Below are positions 51,982 to 64,000 of a stretch of DNA of 64,000 nt, piece after piece. The DNA is taken from the NCBI GenBank assembly GCA_028534125.1, contig CM052823.1:21576001-21640000 (forward strand). Reading direction: 5' to 3'. Each line of letters starts with the position of its first letter. Positions within the stretch are counted from its first letter, which is position 1. This DNA comes from Lama glama (lineage: Eukaryota). The translations under genes and the position numbers were made by a program. The notes beneath the pieces were generated by a model, which worked only from the letters and a program-made list of their open reading frames with translations, was not told the DNA's origin and ran no database searches.

Positions 51982-52513
51982 GATTAGTTGTCTACCTAAT
52001 TCTCATTCCATTCCCTCTCTTCCATGCTCACAGAACCTAGATTTTGTTCAGAGAGATAGTGAGCCCTAGCCAGTCCTAGCAATCCTGTTCCCCACTTTCT
52101 CAGCTTCTCAGGTAACCAAGGTTGGTCATATGACCTGGTTCTGGCCAATGGGATATAAAGGTACGTCCACAGTGGGGGGCTTCTGGGAATGGTTTTGCTT
52201 TTCTGATAAAAGAGACTGACATGGTTGTTACAGCTTTTTGCCTTTCTCCTGCCCTGACTTGGAGGGTAAAGCCCACAACTGTGGCAACCACCTTGCAACC
52301 ATGAGGCAGTCATGTGAGGACACCAAAGAACACCAGAGAAGAAAGGAAGAGCCCGGGTCCTTGCCATTGTGGCTGGTTTGCCCATGTAGTGCCAGCATTC
52401 GCGTGTCTCTGGACTCCTTGTTTGGCAAAGAAATCAATCTCATTTATCAATGCTTAAGCCACTAGCAGTCAAGTTCTCTGTAACTTGCAGCAGAAAGCAA
52501 TCTTCGCTGATAC
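51982..52513 (+). mobile_element. Old MaLR LTR (MLT1J/K-like)
   Basis: ggtcatatgacctggttctggccaatg...ggcaaccaccttgcaaccatgagg...cttaagccact...aacttgcagcagaaagcaatc..tgatac. Confidence 0.7.
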
Positions 52514-54154
52514 AATGCGCAATTACTTTTCAAATTAGGATGCTGAAGTCTTACAGACAGCAAATGGAAAATAATAAAGGAGGGGACTTGAACCTGAAAT
52601 GAGTGTTGCCTTGTTGTTTATGTCCTTATATTAGCGAAATGTCTAAAAACTAGGCTCAGGGAGCATATTAAAATACTAATTAACTTACAATTACTGTCCA
52701 GGATGATCAGATTGTATCACCTTATCGATAGTTTCTGAATTTAAAAAAGCATCAATAATACTCTCATGTAAATTGTGCCAGATCTCCAAATACTATAATA
52801 AATACTTATCCTTTGTGTTCACTGCTGTTCAACACGGTTTAATCCCTCAGTATTTAAGTATTCATTAGCATGTCATGAGTACTAAAAAGAATGCATGTAC
52901 CTATGCAGACTGAGTCCTTTAGCTGAGCCCAGGACCAGATAAGGACCTGTCCCCCTTCTTGGTCAATATAGTAATCCCCTTAAATCTAATAGACACACGT
53001 ATAAGCAGAAGTTCACCTCTACTGACCAGTTGTTACCTGGTGCTGCCCCTGCTCTAAGCAGTGTAGGTATATTACTTCACCTCAGGATTGCAACAACCCT
53101 CTGAGGGAGCTTCTATTATTATTCTATTTTACAGATGGGGAAAGTGAGGCTAAGAGAGGTAGAGTAACTTGTCAAAGCTACATAGGAAGGGATGCATTCT
53201 GATTCCAGATCCCAGGCTCTCCACCACTCTGTCTCCTATGTCATCCTATGTCTCTCAAAGAGCTCAGAGTCTCTGTGGTAGAAGAAAGGCAGCAAAGAGA
53301 CCCGGGGCCAGGGGCACATTGCACAACCATGGGGGACCATTCACCTAGAATTCTGTCTCAATGTGCCTCAGAGCACCCTGCTGCGATCTGTGTGGCCTCA
53401 GCTGAGAATAGCCTCCTTCTTTGCTGGTGGGAGGATCCTGCCCTAAGGCCAATGGAGTCAGCCTCCTTACCAGCAGCCTTCTGTGCTGGTGGCCAGGCTG
53501 GCTGTTCTCAGTTGGCTCTTCCAGTTCCACACACAGCTCTTGTCTGCCCCGCCCCCTCACCTGGGATCTCTTATCTTCCAGCCAGAGGCACTGGAGACAC
53601 CACCACAGAAGGTCAGAAAGCAGGGATGGGGGTATTTATTCCTAATTCCAGCCTCTCTTCCCCACTTCCTGCTGAGCAGAAGCATGACTTTGACCTCTAA
53701 GTACAGCCCCTGTTCTCCCTGGCTTCCTGGAACAGCTCATCCCTGGTCTCTCCAGACTGAGGTTATTAAAAGCTCCCTCCTTTTATCAGTCCTGGGGTGT
53801 GTCACCCCCTCTGGCTGGTTCCCTCAACCCCACTCATCCTCTGTAAATAGTTCCTTCATAAAATCCTCTTTGGTGGCCCTACGAGGGGACATCTGTACCT
53901 GTCTGGCCCTGATCAAGACAGTGGGGAGGTGGGCTGTGCTTGGTCACCCTTGCAAGGAAGAAGGGGAGGACAGTGTGAACAGAGGGAGTAAGCAAGTCCA
54001 TGCAGAGATGCTCCATTATCAAGTCTGGATGCAGACACTCAGGGCCTCCCCAGCTGTGGCTTGCTACCTGGCCTGGTGACTGTTTAAAAAGTAGCAACAG
54101 TGCGGAGGCCCAGAGTGGTCTGTGCCTCTAAAGCAGAAGAAAGAAACACTAGCC

Positions 54155-54199
54155 TCAAGGTCAGACTTGCCTTATCCCTTCCTATCTGAGTGACCTTGA
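54155..54199. promoter_or_regulatory. Two perfect ERR response elements (TCAAGGTCA) in inverted orientation, at the 5' part of a MIR
   Basis: TCAAGGTCA at 54155-54163 (+) and TGACCTTGA at 54191-54199 (the same motif on the minus strand). Confidence 0.5.
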
Positions 54200-54364
54200 G
54201 CATGTTTCTTCACCCCTCTTTGCCTCAACTTCTGCACCTGTACAATGGGAGTAATAATAATACTTCTCAATTAGTGTGAAGATTAAATGAATTAATATCT
54301 GTAAAGCATCTAAAATATTGTAGATGGCACGTAGCGTGAGTTCAGGATTTGCAGATAGTAACTA

Positions 54365-54565
54365 CTATATATAAAATAGAGAAATAGCAAGGTCCTACTG
54401 TATAGCACAGGGAACTGTATCCAGTATCTTGTAATAGCCTATAATGAAAACGAATATAAAAGGAATATGTATGCATGTATAACAGAATCACTATGCTGTA
54501 CACTAGAAATTAACACAACATTGTAAACCAACTATACGTCAATAAAAGCAAAGCAAAGCAAAACA
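54365..54565 (+). mobile_element. LINE-1 3' end (artiodactyl-type)
   Basis: caaggtcctactgtatagcacagggaac...gaatcactatgctgtacac..gaaattaacacaacattgtaaa, aataaa, then an (aaagc)n tail. Confidence 0.8.
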
Positions 54566-54633
54566 AACCCCACTTCACCTTCAAACTGCTCAGTATCGTG
54601 ACTGTATTAAGGTAAATATTCTGCTGTGACATT

Positions 54634-54764
54634 NNNNNNNNNNNNNNNNNNNNNNNNNNNNNNNNNNNNNNNNNNNNNNNNNNNNNNNNNNNNNNNNNNN
54701 NNNNNNNNNNNNNNNNNNNNNNNNNNNNNNNNNNNNNNNNNNNNNNNNNNNNNNNNNNNNNNNN
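54634..54764. other. Assembly gap (131 N)
   Basis: Run of N next to an L1. Confidence 0.99.
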
Positions 54765-55470
54765 AACTACTTGTGGAAGTGTAAAATGGTCCACCTGTTG
54801 TGGAAAGTAGCCTGGCAATTCATCAAAAAGCTAAACAGAATTATCACATGACCTAGCAATTCCATTCCTAGGTCTATACTCAAAAGATTCGATATCAGGA
54901 CCTGGAACAGATATTACTATGCCAACGTTCACAGCAGCATTATTCGCAATAGCCAAAAGGTAGAAGCAACCCAAGTATCCACTAACATACAGTGTAGGCT
55001 TATACATACAATAGAATATTATTCAGTCATTAAAAAGAATAAAGTTCTGATACATGCTATGACACTGATGAACCTTGAAAACATTATGCTAAGTGAAATA
55101 ACCCAGACACAAAAGGAGAAATGTTGTATGATTTCACTTATTAAAAATAGCTAGAATAGACAGAAAGTAAATTGGAGGTTAGCAGGAACTGGGGGGAGGG
55201 GAGAGAGGGGGGCTATTGTTTAATGAATACAGTTTCAGTTTGGGATGATGAAAAAGTGTTGGATAAGTGGTAATGGTTTCAAAACACTGTGGATATGCTT
55301 AATACCTCTGAATTGGACACTTAAAAATGGTTTTTAAAAGGTGAATTTTGTTGTATATATTTTGCCACAATTCAGAAAAACGAATTATGCAACACACCTA
55401 AAACCAATAAATCGTACACTTTAAAATGGGTGGATTTTATCTCAATAAAGCTGTTCAAAGATTTTAAAAA
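54765..55470 (+). mobile_element. L1MB-type 3' region
   Basis: gacctagcaattccattcctagg...cagcagcattattcgcaatagccaaaagg...gaaccttgaaaacattatgctaagtgaaat...ttatctcaataaagctgtt. Confidence 0.85.
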
Positions 55471-58249
55471 ATACTTCACCTTTCTCTGGCTAGTGGAATT
55501 AAATACCATAAAATGTGTGAAACACAGCAATGTGCTTAGGATGCAAGAGGCACTCAGTGGTAATCTCTTTCCTTTCATCTACCTGTTGAAAGTGGAAGCG
55601 TCTACCTTGAACTGCCAGCTTTCTTCATGAGAAGAGAAACATATCCCCTTAGTTATAACTACTATAGGTCAGATGTAACTTAAACAAAAACTCTGAAGAA
55701 ACTAAGGTTCAGAGAGGTTGCATAATGTGCCCAGGGGTACACAGCGCCAACACAGGTGCTCTCTTGAATATGCCAACAAGGCAGAGGGGCCGCCTCTGTC
55801 CAAAACCAGGATCGCAGGTGGACCCCCCCCCAACCCCCAGCAGTCTCTGCGGTGGTGTCCCCATATCCGCAGTGTCCAATCCCACTTCCCAACTCAGGCA
55901 TAGGAAATAGTAAAGAAGCTGCGGGGCTGCTCTGGGGAAGAAACTGCTTGGGAGGAGAGGAGCGGGGCTTCCCAAAGCTCCCAAGCCCATGCCCCATCTG
56001 CCGATCTCTCCAACCCACCGCAGGCACGTGGGAGCAGCCAGAGCTGGCAGCCGCCACGTCCTGGATCAGATGTCCACTTGCTGCCTTGATAAGATCGGCC
56101 TTCTGACTTTTTTCTTAATGGAAGTAAAATAATTCCTGCTTCCCTCCTCCTCCCCTTTTTCTTCTCAGTTGTCCTCCCTAAGCTGGAAGAGAGCCCAGCC
56201 TTTTGGAAGTAAAAATAGAGTGTGCAGGGGCGGCAGAAGTGGGGGGCTGTTTAAGTTTCTTTCTTTTATTCCAGGCACTAAAAATAACCAGTTAAAGCTT
56301 GGAAAACCGTGGCCCCACACCTGGCCTGCAGCCTGTCCCAGGCGCTGCCCCTGTCACATTTTCTCTTCCCACAGGAAATGCTCAGACCAGGCAGAGAGGG
56401 GCAGGCTCTGAGCCTGTGTCCTTCTTTGCCTCCCCTGCACAGCTGCTGTCCTGACACTGCAAAGTTGTCACGGTCAAGGCCCTTCTCCTCCTCTTACCTA
56501 GAAATACCACACCCATCCCCCGCCACACATACACACAATTTAATGTCCTTGGTTTATTAATGATGTGTGCAATGCTTCACAGTTTACAAAGCTATTTCCA
56601 TATCTCATTTCATCTCTGTGTAACAAAATTGAGGGAGGGAGAATGCGTGATTATTATTATTTCCACGTGCAAACTGAGGGCTTGGAAAGCTCCGGTGACT
56701 TGCTCAGGGTCACGCATCCAGGAAATGTTAGCGGGAGGAGCTAAACCTTATAATCTCTACGTCCTATCTCCTTTGTCCTGAACTTGAGACCACCCATCCT
56801 GTATGATCATCCTGAAAACCTCTGAACTACACAGACCTTGAGGATTTACACTTAGTGGTTCTGAGTCAGTAGGTCTGGGGTGATATCCGGGAATGGATAA
56901 TTTTGTAAAACTCCTATAAACGATTCTGATTACATGCAGGTCTCGGGAGCCCCACGCTGGACCTGTTTTATACCATACTTTGTTCTAACCAGTGTTCCTT
57001 CCAGGAGATTTAGGGATTGACTCTCTGCCTATAAGTGCTACCGAGCTAGAGCTGACCCAGCTCTAGAAAGAGGAGAAAACCACCCAAAGGTGGAATGCAT
57101 ACTCTGGGCTCCTGAGAGCCCAGGGGTGGTAGGTCATGTGGGCAGGCTGATGGGCACTCCGGCCCTGCTCCTGCACAAGCTGGGCTCCCTTCAGCCACCT
57201 GTCCTGTGGGGTTTCTAGGGGACGGGTGAGCTCGCCTTGCTGCCTCTCAGAGAGGACAGCTATTTGGGGCTGCCTCTTATCCTGGCACCACGTTATAATG
57301 GTGAAGAATGCCTCACACCTGACTCAAGAAAAGCCGAGAGAGAGAGATGTGGGTGGACAACACACATGCCACCCCATATTCCAGAGCTGTGCCAACTGCT
57401 CCAGGCTGGCTGGGTAAGCTGGTACCAGGTGGTGAGGTCCTGGCCTTCTGTCTATTAAAGAAGCGTCCACTCTTGCGCTGCTCCCTCCTCTGGACCCTTC
57501 TCACCCGGGGCACCATGTTCCGAAAGACATTTTGGCAGTGTTGTGATATGCCTGCATCCCCAGTGGCTAGGAAGTCTCTAAAACTGAACACCCAACCAGG
57601 AAAAGCTACTTCAGCTCCGCCTCCCCTTCCTCTCCTTCCCCCTTTGAGGGAAGGCCATAGTCTTTGCTACTCGTCAAGGCAGCTACAGTGAGTTGGAACA
57701 GGCTTCTCAGAAGGAATACTTGAATAACCAAGGAGACTAGATTCCACCTGTTATTCACTCATTTGCTTGCTAGCTGTGTGGCCTTGGGCAAATCATTTAA
57801 ACTCAGTCGCACTAGATCACTCACAGCAAAAAGCTGTCAGCTGTGCCACTGCCCTCCATTTCCCAGTCTGTGGCAGACATTGCTAATCAATCATGGCACT
57901 CTTGCCTACTGATCCCAGGCACTGCCTAAGAAGCCTTTCAATCATGCATACTAGGCAGCCGCTCCCCACCCTAGGGCTGACAGTCCAACTAAAAGCAATT
58001 TGCTATCCCAGAGTCTGGATGGAGTCTGAGGTCCTTTCTACCACTCAAAGGCCAATTCTGCCACAACACGTCTTCATCTGGCTTCAGGAACTGCTTAGCT
58101 GGGCTTCAGAGGCTCTGTGAAGTTGTCTGCAAAATTTTATGTGTAGGTACTTGTATATGTTTTACGGTAGTTTTCAATGGATTTTCAAAAGAATCTGTAA
58201 GTACCTAATTCAAGAACAACTTGTGTTGTTCTATCAGAGCGAACAAGTA

Positions 58250-59640
58250 TACAAACAAACAAATGGATAAATAAGACCACTTCACCCTGGGAGAGATCCA
58301 AAGAGGAACTAAACAAGGGGATATGATAGAAAGTAATGAAGTGGGAAGAGAGGACTTTCTGAGATGGCATTTAAGTTGAGGCTGGAAGGATGGGGAGCCC
58401 GTCACGCAAGAGCATTCCAGGCAGAGGGAAACACCTGAGGGCCATAAGGTGAGAAGGAGTCTGTCATGCTTGAGCATCAAAAGTAAGCCGGAGAGGCTGA
58501 AGCAGAGTGGGTAGGAGTGAGGGGGCAGCAGAGGAACCGTGCGAGCTGGCACTGAAGAGGTAGGGAGGGGTTGGCTCACGCTGAGACAGGCTGGGACCTG
58601 GGACCCTTTGCTGCAGTGCCTGCACCTGGACAAACATCTCCTCAAGCAACAGAATACAAAGAAACTACAAGGAACCAAAAATAACTGCCTGCATACCCAG
58701 CTGGTGCAAATTAAGAACAAGATACAAAAAGACCAAAAACCCAACTGCCACTTCTGAGGTGCTGGGAGCAAAAGCAGGGTACTGCGGGTGATCCCATCAC
58801 ACAGCACCACCAAGAGAGTGGGCAGACCACCTAAGCCAGCCCTCTGGCCCAACCCATTGATTAAGGAGTCCAAGAACCTTGGTCAGTAACAACGCAGGGT
58901 CTTGAAAACCAAAGTGTTTAGATTTACTCTAAATGCAATGGAAAGCCACTGAATGATGTGAAGCAAAATGACAGGATCATATTAGTGTTTTAAAAAGACT
59001 CCTCTGACTTCTGTGGGAATTGGATTAAATAGGACCAGGAGTGGAATCAGAAGTCTATTTGGGAAATTGTTGCAATGATCTGGGGAAAAGATGGTGTTTC
59101 CCTGGACCAGGGGCGTGGCCATAGAGATGAAGAAAAGTGGGAGGATCTGAAATATAGTTTGGATATTGGCTCTGGAGGAGTCCAGGATGACTTCCAGGTT
59201 TTCTTGAGCAAGGGGAAAATCAGGATACCATTCCTGAGGTGGGGAAGCCTGGGAGTTGTGGAGGAAGGGGTGGGACAAATCTATAGTACCTCTTAAGATG
59301 TGGTGGATCTGTGATGTTGCATAAGGGAGCCAAATGGAGATGCTGGTAGGGCAGTTAGAGATTGGAATCTAAAATGAGGTCTAAGATCTAGTCTTGGATC
59401 TAGGAAAGATCACCTGCAGGGCGCAGGGGAAGAAGTGGGCCTGGGTCTAAGTCCCAAATAACACAGAAGTGTAAAGGCCAGGAAGAGGAGGAGTTTGTCT
59501 TGAAGTGTGGTCCGAGAAGTAAGGAGAAAATGAGGTAAGCGAGGTATCAGAGAAGCCAAGAGAAAAGCATTACAAGGAGGGCTGGCCAACTCTTTGAAAT
59601 ACTGCCCAGAGGCTGAGTGAGTGGAAGACAGAGAAGTACC
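58250..59640 (-). mobile_element. L2 LINE fragment, interrupted by an ERV LTR
   Basis: Antisense L2 signatures agagcattccaggcagaggga, aatgcaatggaaagccactga, aggatgacttccaggtttt, agaagccaagaga. Confidence 0.7.
58582..58862 (+). mobile_element. Truncated ERV LTR (cetartiodactyl type) inserted in L2
   Basis: Begins with TG (tgagacaggctgggacctgggaccctttgctgcagtg...caacagaatacaaagaaac), a pattern I recall from cetartiodactyl ERV LTRs, and it abruptly interrupts the L2. Confidence 0.6.
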
Positions 59641-59842
59641 AGTTCGGCAACTCAGGCGCTGTGCTCATGGAGCAGACTGGGGGTCACCAGCTCATCACAC
59701 TCAGAAGTCACCTCCAGCAGGATCAGAGACATACATGAGAAAGGCAGATTAAGAAAGCATCTTTATAGTTGTAGGTTAGGAAAAGATCTTTTTTTTTTAA
59801 TGACACAAAAGTGCAAACCATAAAGGAAAAGACTGATACAAG

Positions 59843-59879
59843 AACCTCATGGTGCAATGGTAGCTTATCTGACTCCAGA
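59843..59879 (+). pseudogene. Tailless 5'-half tRNA-Trp(CCA) retropseudogene with 12-bp TSD
   Basis: aACCTCATGGTGCAATGGTAGCTTATCTGACTCCAGA matches 30/37 to the tRNA-Trp 5' half GACCTCGTGGCGCAACGGTAGCGCGTCTGACTCCAGA. TSD agactgatacaa at 59830-59841 and 59877-59888. Confidence 0.85.
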
Positions 59880-60062
59880 CTGATACAATCAATTTACTAA
59901 AATTAATAACTTCTGTTCATCAAAGGACTCCAAAAAAGAAGAAAGCTACAGATGAGATTTTTACAACACCAGCAACTGATAAATGACTAATAAAATGACC
60001 AGAATATATAAAAATTTCTAAATAAAGTGGAAAAATTGGGAAAATGATCAAACACCTCACAG

Positions 60063-60195
60063 AACACAGCCCTGTTACTCATTTACATGTTTGTCTATGG
60101 CCTCTTTCACATTACAACAGCAGAGTTAAACAGTTAAGACAGAGACTTTTTGGCCCACAAAGCCTAAAATATGTACTATCTGGCTGACTCCTATA
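60063..60195 (+). mobile_element. MER58A-like fragment
   Basis: catttacatgtttgtctatggc...acaacagcagagtt...ggcccacaaagcctaaaatatgtactatctggc. Confidence 0.7.
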
Positions 60196-60514
60196 ATACA
60201 GAAATGAAAATAAATGAATTACAGCACCATAGCACTCATCTCAGAAATACTGATTAAAATAATCAAGATGCAGAAGAATATGTATAGTCAAGATTCAATT
60301 AAAACTAAAAAAAATATGCTTAGAGATGCAAATATACAATAAAACTATAAAGAAAGGCAAGGGAAAATAATGTGAAATCAGGATAATTATTGCCCCTGAA
60401 AGTGATGACTGTGGGGACAGGCACAGAGGGAACCTCAAAAGTAAGGGTAAATGTCTTTTTCTTACACTGAGTGGGAGATAGCAGTATTCTTCCTACTTTC
60501 CATGTTTTTGGCAA

Positions 60515-60955
60515 GTAATAATGCCTGTCCTCTAAAATATGTCATTCTTTTTTTCCGTATCAACAGTTTTAGCTGGACATATGGCATCTCAGCTAAAGAC
60601 TACAATGCCCGGACATCCGTGCAGAGCAGTGTGGCCATGTGATTAGATTCTACCAAAGGGCTGTGAATGGAAGGAACCTGTATCACTCTGGGTCCTGCCC
60701 TTCAAATGATCTGATGTAGGCTCGTCTTCCTTTTGGCTGTCTGGGAGATGGAGATAACTGGGTCCACAAACGCAAGGCACTTGTGAAGGATGGCAAAGCT
60801 GCCAACCAGTTCTGGATCACCTTTGACTTTTGGGACAGTTATATGAGAGATGAAAGAGCATTAAAGTTCTATCTTGCTCAGGTTTCTGAGTTTTTTATTT
60901 TGAGGGAAGAGGGGAGTCTCTGTATAGAAGCTTAGCCTTACCTTAGCTAATATAA
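60515..60955 (+). mobile_element. Old MaLR LTR (MLT1-type)
   Basis: ttttagctggacatatggc..cagctaaagactaca...gtggccatgtgattag...ttctatcttg...cttagcctt. Boundaries are approximate. Confidence 0.55.
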
Positions 60956-63900
60956 TATACTATAAATATTTTTCTGGATCTACTCAATGCATTCTTTTTA
61001 AGAAAGTTTGTTTGTTTTTGTTTGTATTTTTTAAGTGGATGGGGTACAGAAGTGGATATAGTAACTGCTATCAACTCTTCAGGGGAAGTTTGGTTGAGAA
61101 ATAAAGCATGGTAAGGTAGCAGTAGCCAAATGGAGATAAAGAATCAAAATACAGTTGTGGGCTTTTTAAATTACATTTTGTTTCTGTGCTGATGAAAATG
61201 ATCCAGCAATGAGGAAGAGTTTGACAAGACTGGAAACTGACACAATACTATAGGAGTAAAGTCCTTGATAAAGAAAGAGGAATGTGATTCAGAGGACAGG
61301 TTGGGGAGACTGGCCTTTGATGGGAACAGAAATATCTTTAATGGGCGGGGAGACAAAATAAGCCAGTAGGTTTGTGGATTCAACAGCAGGAGGTTTAGAA
61401 ATTCCCCACTTGACTGTTTCTATTTCCTCAAGAAAATGTGAAGCCGGGTCATCAGCCAAGGAGCGGGGAGAGAGGCTCTGGGAGGTTCAAAACTGCCTTC
61501 TGGAGCACAGAAAACCAAAGATGTAGCACAGTGTGGGGCTTCTCAAATCAATGACCAGCATCTTACTTTGCGGTACAACTCTAGGGTTTTCCCTGATAAA
61601 TCGCGAGCAAGATGAAATGGCCACTATTATTATTCCCACTTTAGAGAGGAGGAAAGGGAGGCTTAAAGAAGTTTAAGTGAACGGCCCAAGGAGCTGATAC
61701 ATGGTGATGCTGGGCTTTTACCAGCCGGTATGACTCCCGAACCTGTTATCCAACGTCTGACGTGCCGAAACCCTGATGAACAGTAGTAAGGGCCCCGTAC
61801 AGACAAGACCACCCCCTGTGACTTTATTCAATCAACACTTCCCCAACCAGAGGTCGTCAAGTCATCGCGCCTGAGTGGTCCAAGGCGTGAGGCCACATGG
61901 GAAGATCTTGTGGGCGGGCAGACACGTGTGTGTGCGTGCATGTGTGTGTGTCGGGTGCAAAGTGGTTCGGGGGATACAAACAGCCATCAGAGTTCTTGGG
62001 CTGTAGTTCAAAGCTGTTCTCTAAAGTGCTCAAGAGTTGTTTTGTTTCAGAACACTAATGTATTTTGGAGAAGAAAAAGAATTTTTAAAGGCAAGTCATC
62101 TCTCATCCTCCTTCTTCCTGCATAGGGCCAGGGAAGTGGTATTTCTGGCATTGGCTAGAGGCAGGATACTCTATAAATACAAAGCCATTAAATCCCATGC
62201 AGCGGGAACCTGATCGGGGCCTCCTTTTAATTTCCTGACATGAGCTGGCCACTAACCCAATTACCCAGAGTCCCTGGAGGAGCCCTCTGCCTTCCCAACG
62301 AGCACAAAGAGAGTGAGGGCATATTGCGCGGATGTCAGCCTGGCCTTCACTGAAATCAAATATCTTTTAGAAAACACTTGGGGAAAGGCAGGCAAGGGGC
62401 TGAGGGGAGGAGGAAATGGAGCGGGACCGGGAGGCTGGTGGCCTCAGGGAGGTGAAGTGAGGTAAGGAGAAGTTTGCAGGGACAATCTGTGTAGGGGGAG
62501 TTGCTGAAATCACAGACATGGGGGCGCCTGTGGAATGCTGCAAATAGTTTTCCAGGTTCTCCTGGCTTAGAAGCTGTCAGGCCACACCCTAGTCAGGTTG
62601 CAGAGCCCACCTGTCAGGGGAGAGCCTCTCCACCATCCTCTCAAGGGACCTTCTCATCTTCATTTTAGACCCCAGATGGGGGTCAACCCAAGGTGGATGC
62701 CACCTCCAGCAAATCCAGGAGGAAAATCAGGGCGGCTGGACACCAGGATGCCAGGACACCTGGACACCATCTAGCACAATGGCTGGGCTGCTGAAAAGCT
62801 GAGCGCAAACGAGCCTGTTTGAATCAAATAGTATTTTTAACGTGCCCAGGAAGCTGACATCTTAAAGCAGCCCCACAGTGCATCTTACCAAGGAGTTGAC
62901 CCATCTGGTCTTCACCTTGACCTGGTGATGGAGAGCAGGTTTCAGCCACCCCTGCTCTCCAGGTGGAGAGGTGGTCGCCCAGGCCCGTGAGAAATAATAT
63001 ACACAGCAAGGATATCTCAGAGCCACGAGGGGAACACAGGCACCGATTCCCAGCTCAGAGCAGATTTTATATTCAGTTTCTCATAAAGAGAACAATCGCT
63101 TTTCCCCTGAAAGTACGGATTTTTCATACACTGGATTTGCTTGAAGCGAGATAGACCCTTGGACATCACCTATGTTCCACAGCCCCTAGCAGCCTCAGCA
63201 GAGGCGGCCAAAGAAAGCCCCACTTCTGACATTTTCCCTGGCAGTTGTTGGGCCCCCAAAATCACAGGGCAGTCTCTCAGGTCATTTTGCTTAAAGGAAA
63301 AGCTGTGAAAGGTGTCCAGAGCTGCTGGATGGAAGAGGGAAACAGGGTTCTGATGTGTTGGTGAGATGGGGAGGCGGCGGAAGCCGGCCTTCCATTCTCT
63401 CCTTCCCCAGCCCCCTCCCCCGGAAGACCCAGGACCCCAGCGCCTGGCTCCCCAGTGCCCAAGGCCCACCGTGGAAACTTAAAGATGGGGAGCAGCCCCA
63501 GAGAAGGCTGGAGCCTGCATTTCAGAGTCAGGTCAGAGTGTGAGGGAGATGGAGGGAGGCAGGGAGCCTGAGGGCCTGGGCTCCTGCATAGGGAGGGGGT
63601 GGGAAACAGGCACCCACACAAAAGCAGGAGTCAGGGCAGCTGCCAAGAGCCCTTGCCTGGCAGGGACCCAGGCTCCTCGATGAGGCGCGCTCCTCCTAAG
63701 GGGCCGGTCCCCGTGGAGCTTCAGATCCCGGGATCTGGCCAAGGCTCTGTACTGCAGGGACAAGACGAACTAAATGGAGGCGCTCAGAGCCTTTCTGTCA
63801 TCTTCCCCACTTTGAATTTAGCTCTGGGGGAGGTACAGGGCCAGGGAAGGGAATATTCTGGTGACTGCCCCTCCTCCTAGGGCAGGGCTCCTGGGGGGCC

Positions 63901-64000
63901 TCTCAGGCTGGGCCCCAGTTAGTTCACCTCAGCAGGTGCATTTGGCTCCTTCCAACAGCCTCGGACGCCCTTGTTAGAAGCCGATCTGCACCAGTCCTGC

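Overview
Mammalian genomic DNA, most likely a camelid (three tRNA-Ala-derived SINEs look like camelid Vic-1). The window holds the 3' part of ESRRB (estrogen-related receptor beta, NR3B2) on the minus strand. Four coding exons (48428-48318, 47821-47660, 40090-39821, 34486-34242) have canonical AG/GT sites and splice in frame to 262 aa of hinge plus ligand-binding domain, ending in the AF-2 helix [11 protein letters not shown], the short-form C-terminus. A 3' UTR of about 3-3.5 kb follows. Positions 1-30,700 are repeat-rich intergenic DNA downstream of the gene, and 48,429-64,000 is an intron; the zinc-finger exons lie beyond the window. The rest is ordinary eutherian repeats (L1, L2, MIR, MLT1/ERVL LTRs, hAT MITEs) and four N gaps; repeat subfamily names are from recall, not a RepeatMasker run. 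No new multi-gene system is evident. The most unusual observations are: (1) a degenerate same-strand duplicate of part of the LBD exon inside the last intron; (2) recognisable but non-coding homologues of the two human F-domain exons in the 3' UTR; (3) two perfect inverted ERR elements and a strong CTCF motif inside the gene; (4) a tailless half-tRNA-Trp retrocopy with a perfect 12-bp TSD; (5) an L1 with a tiny 5' inversion taken from the far end of ORF2; (6) a nearly complete, still readable ancient CR1/L3 reverse-transcriptase relic.
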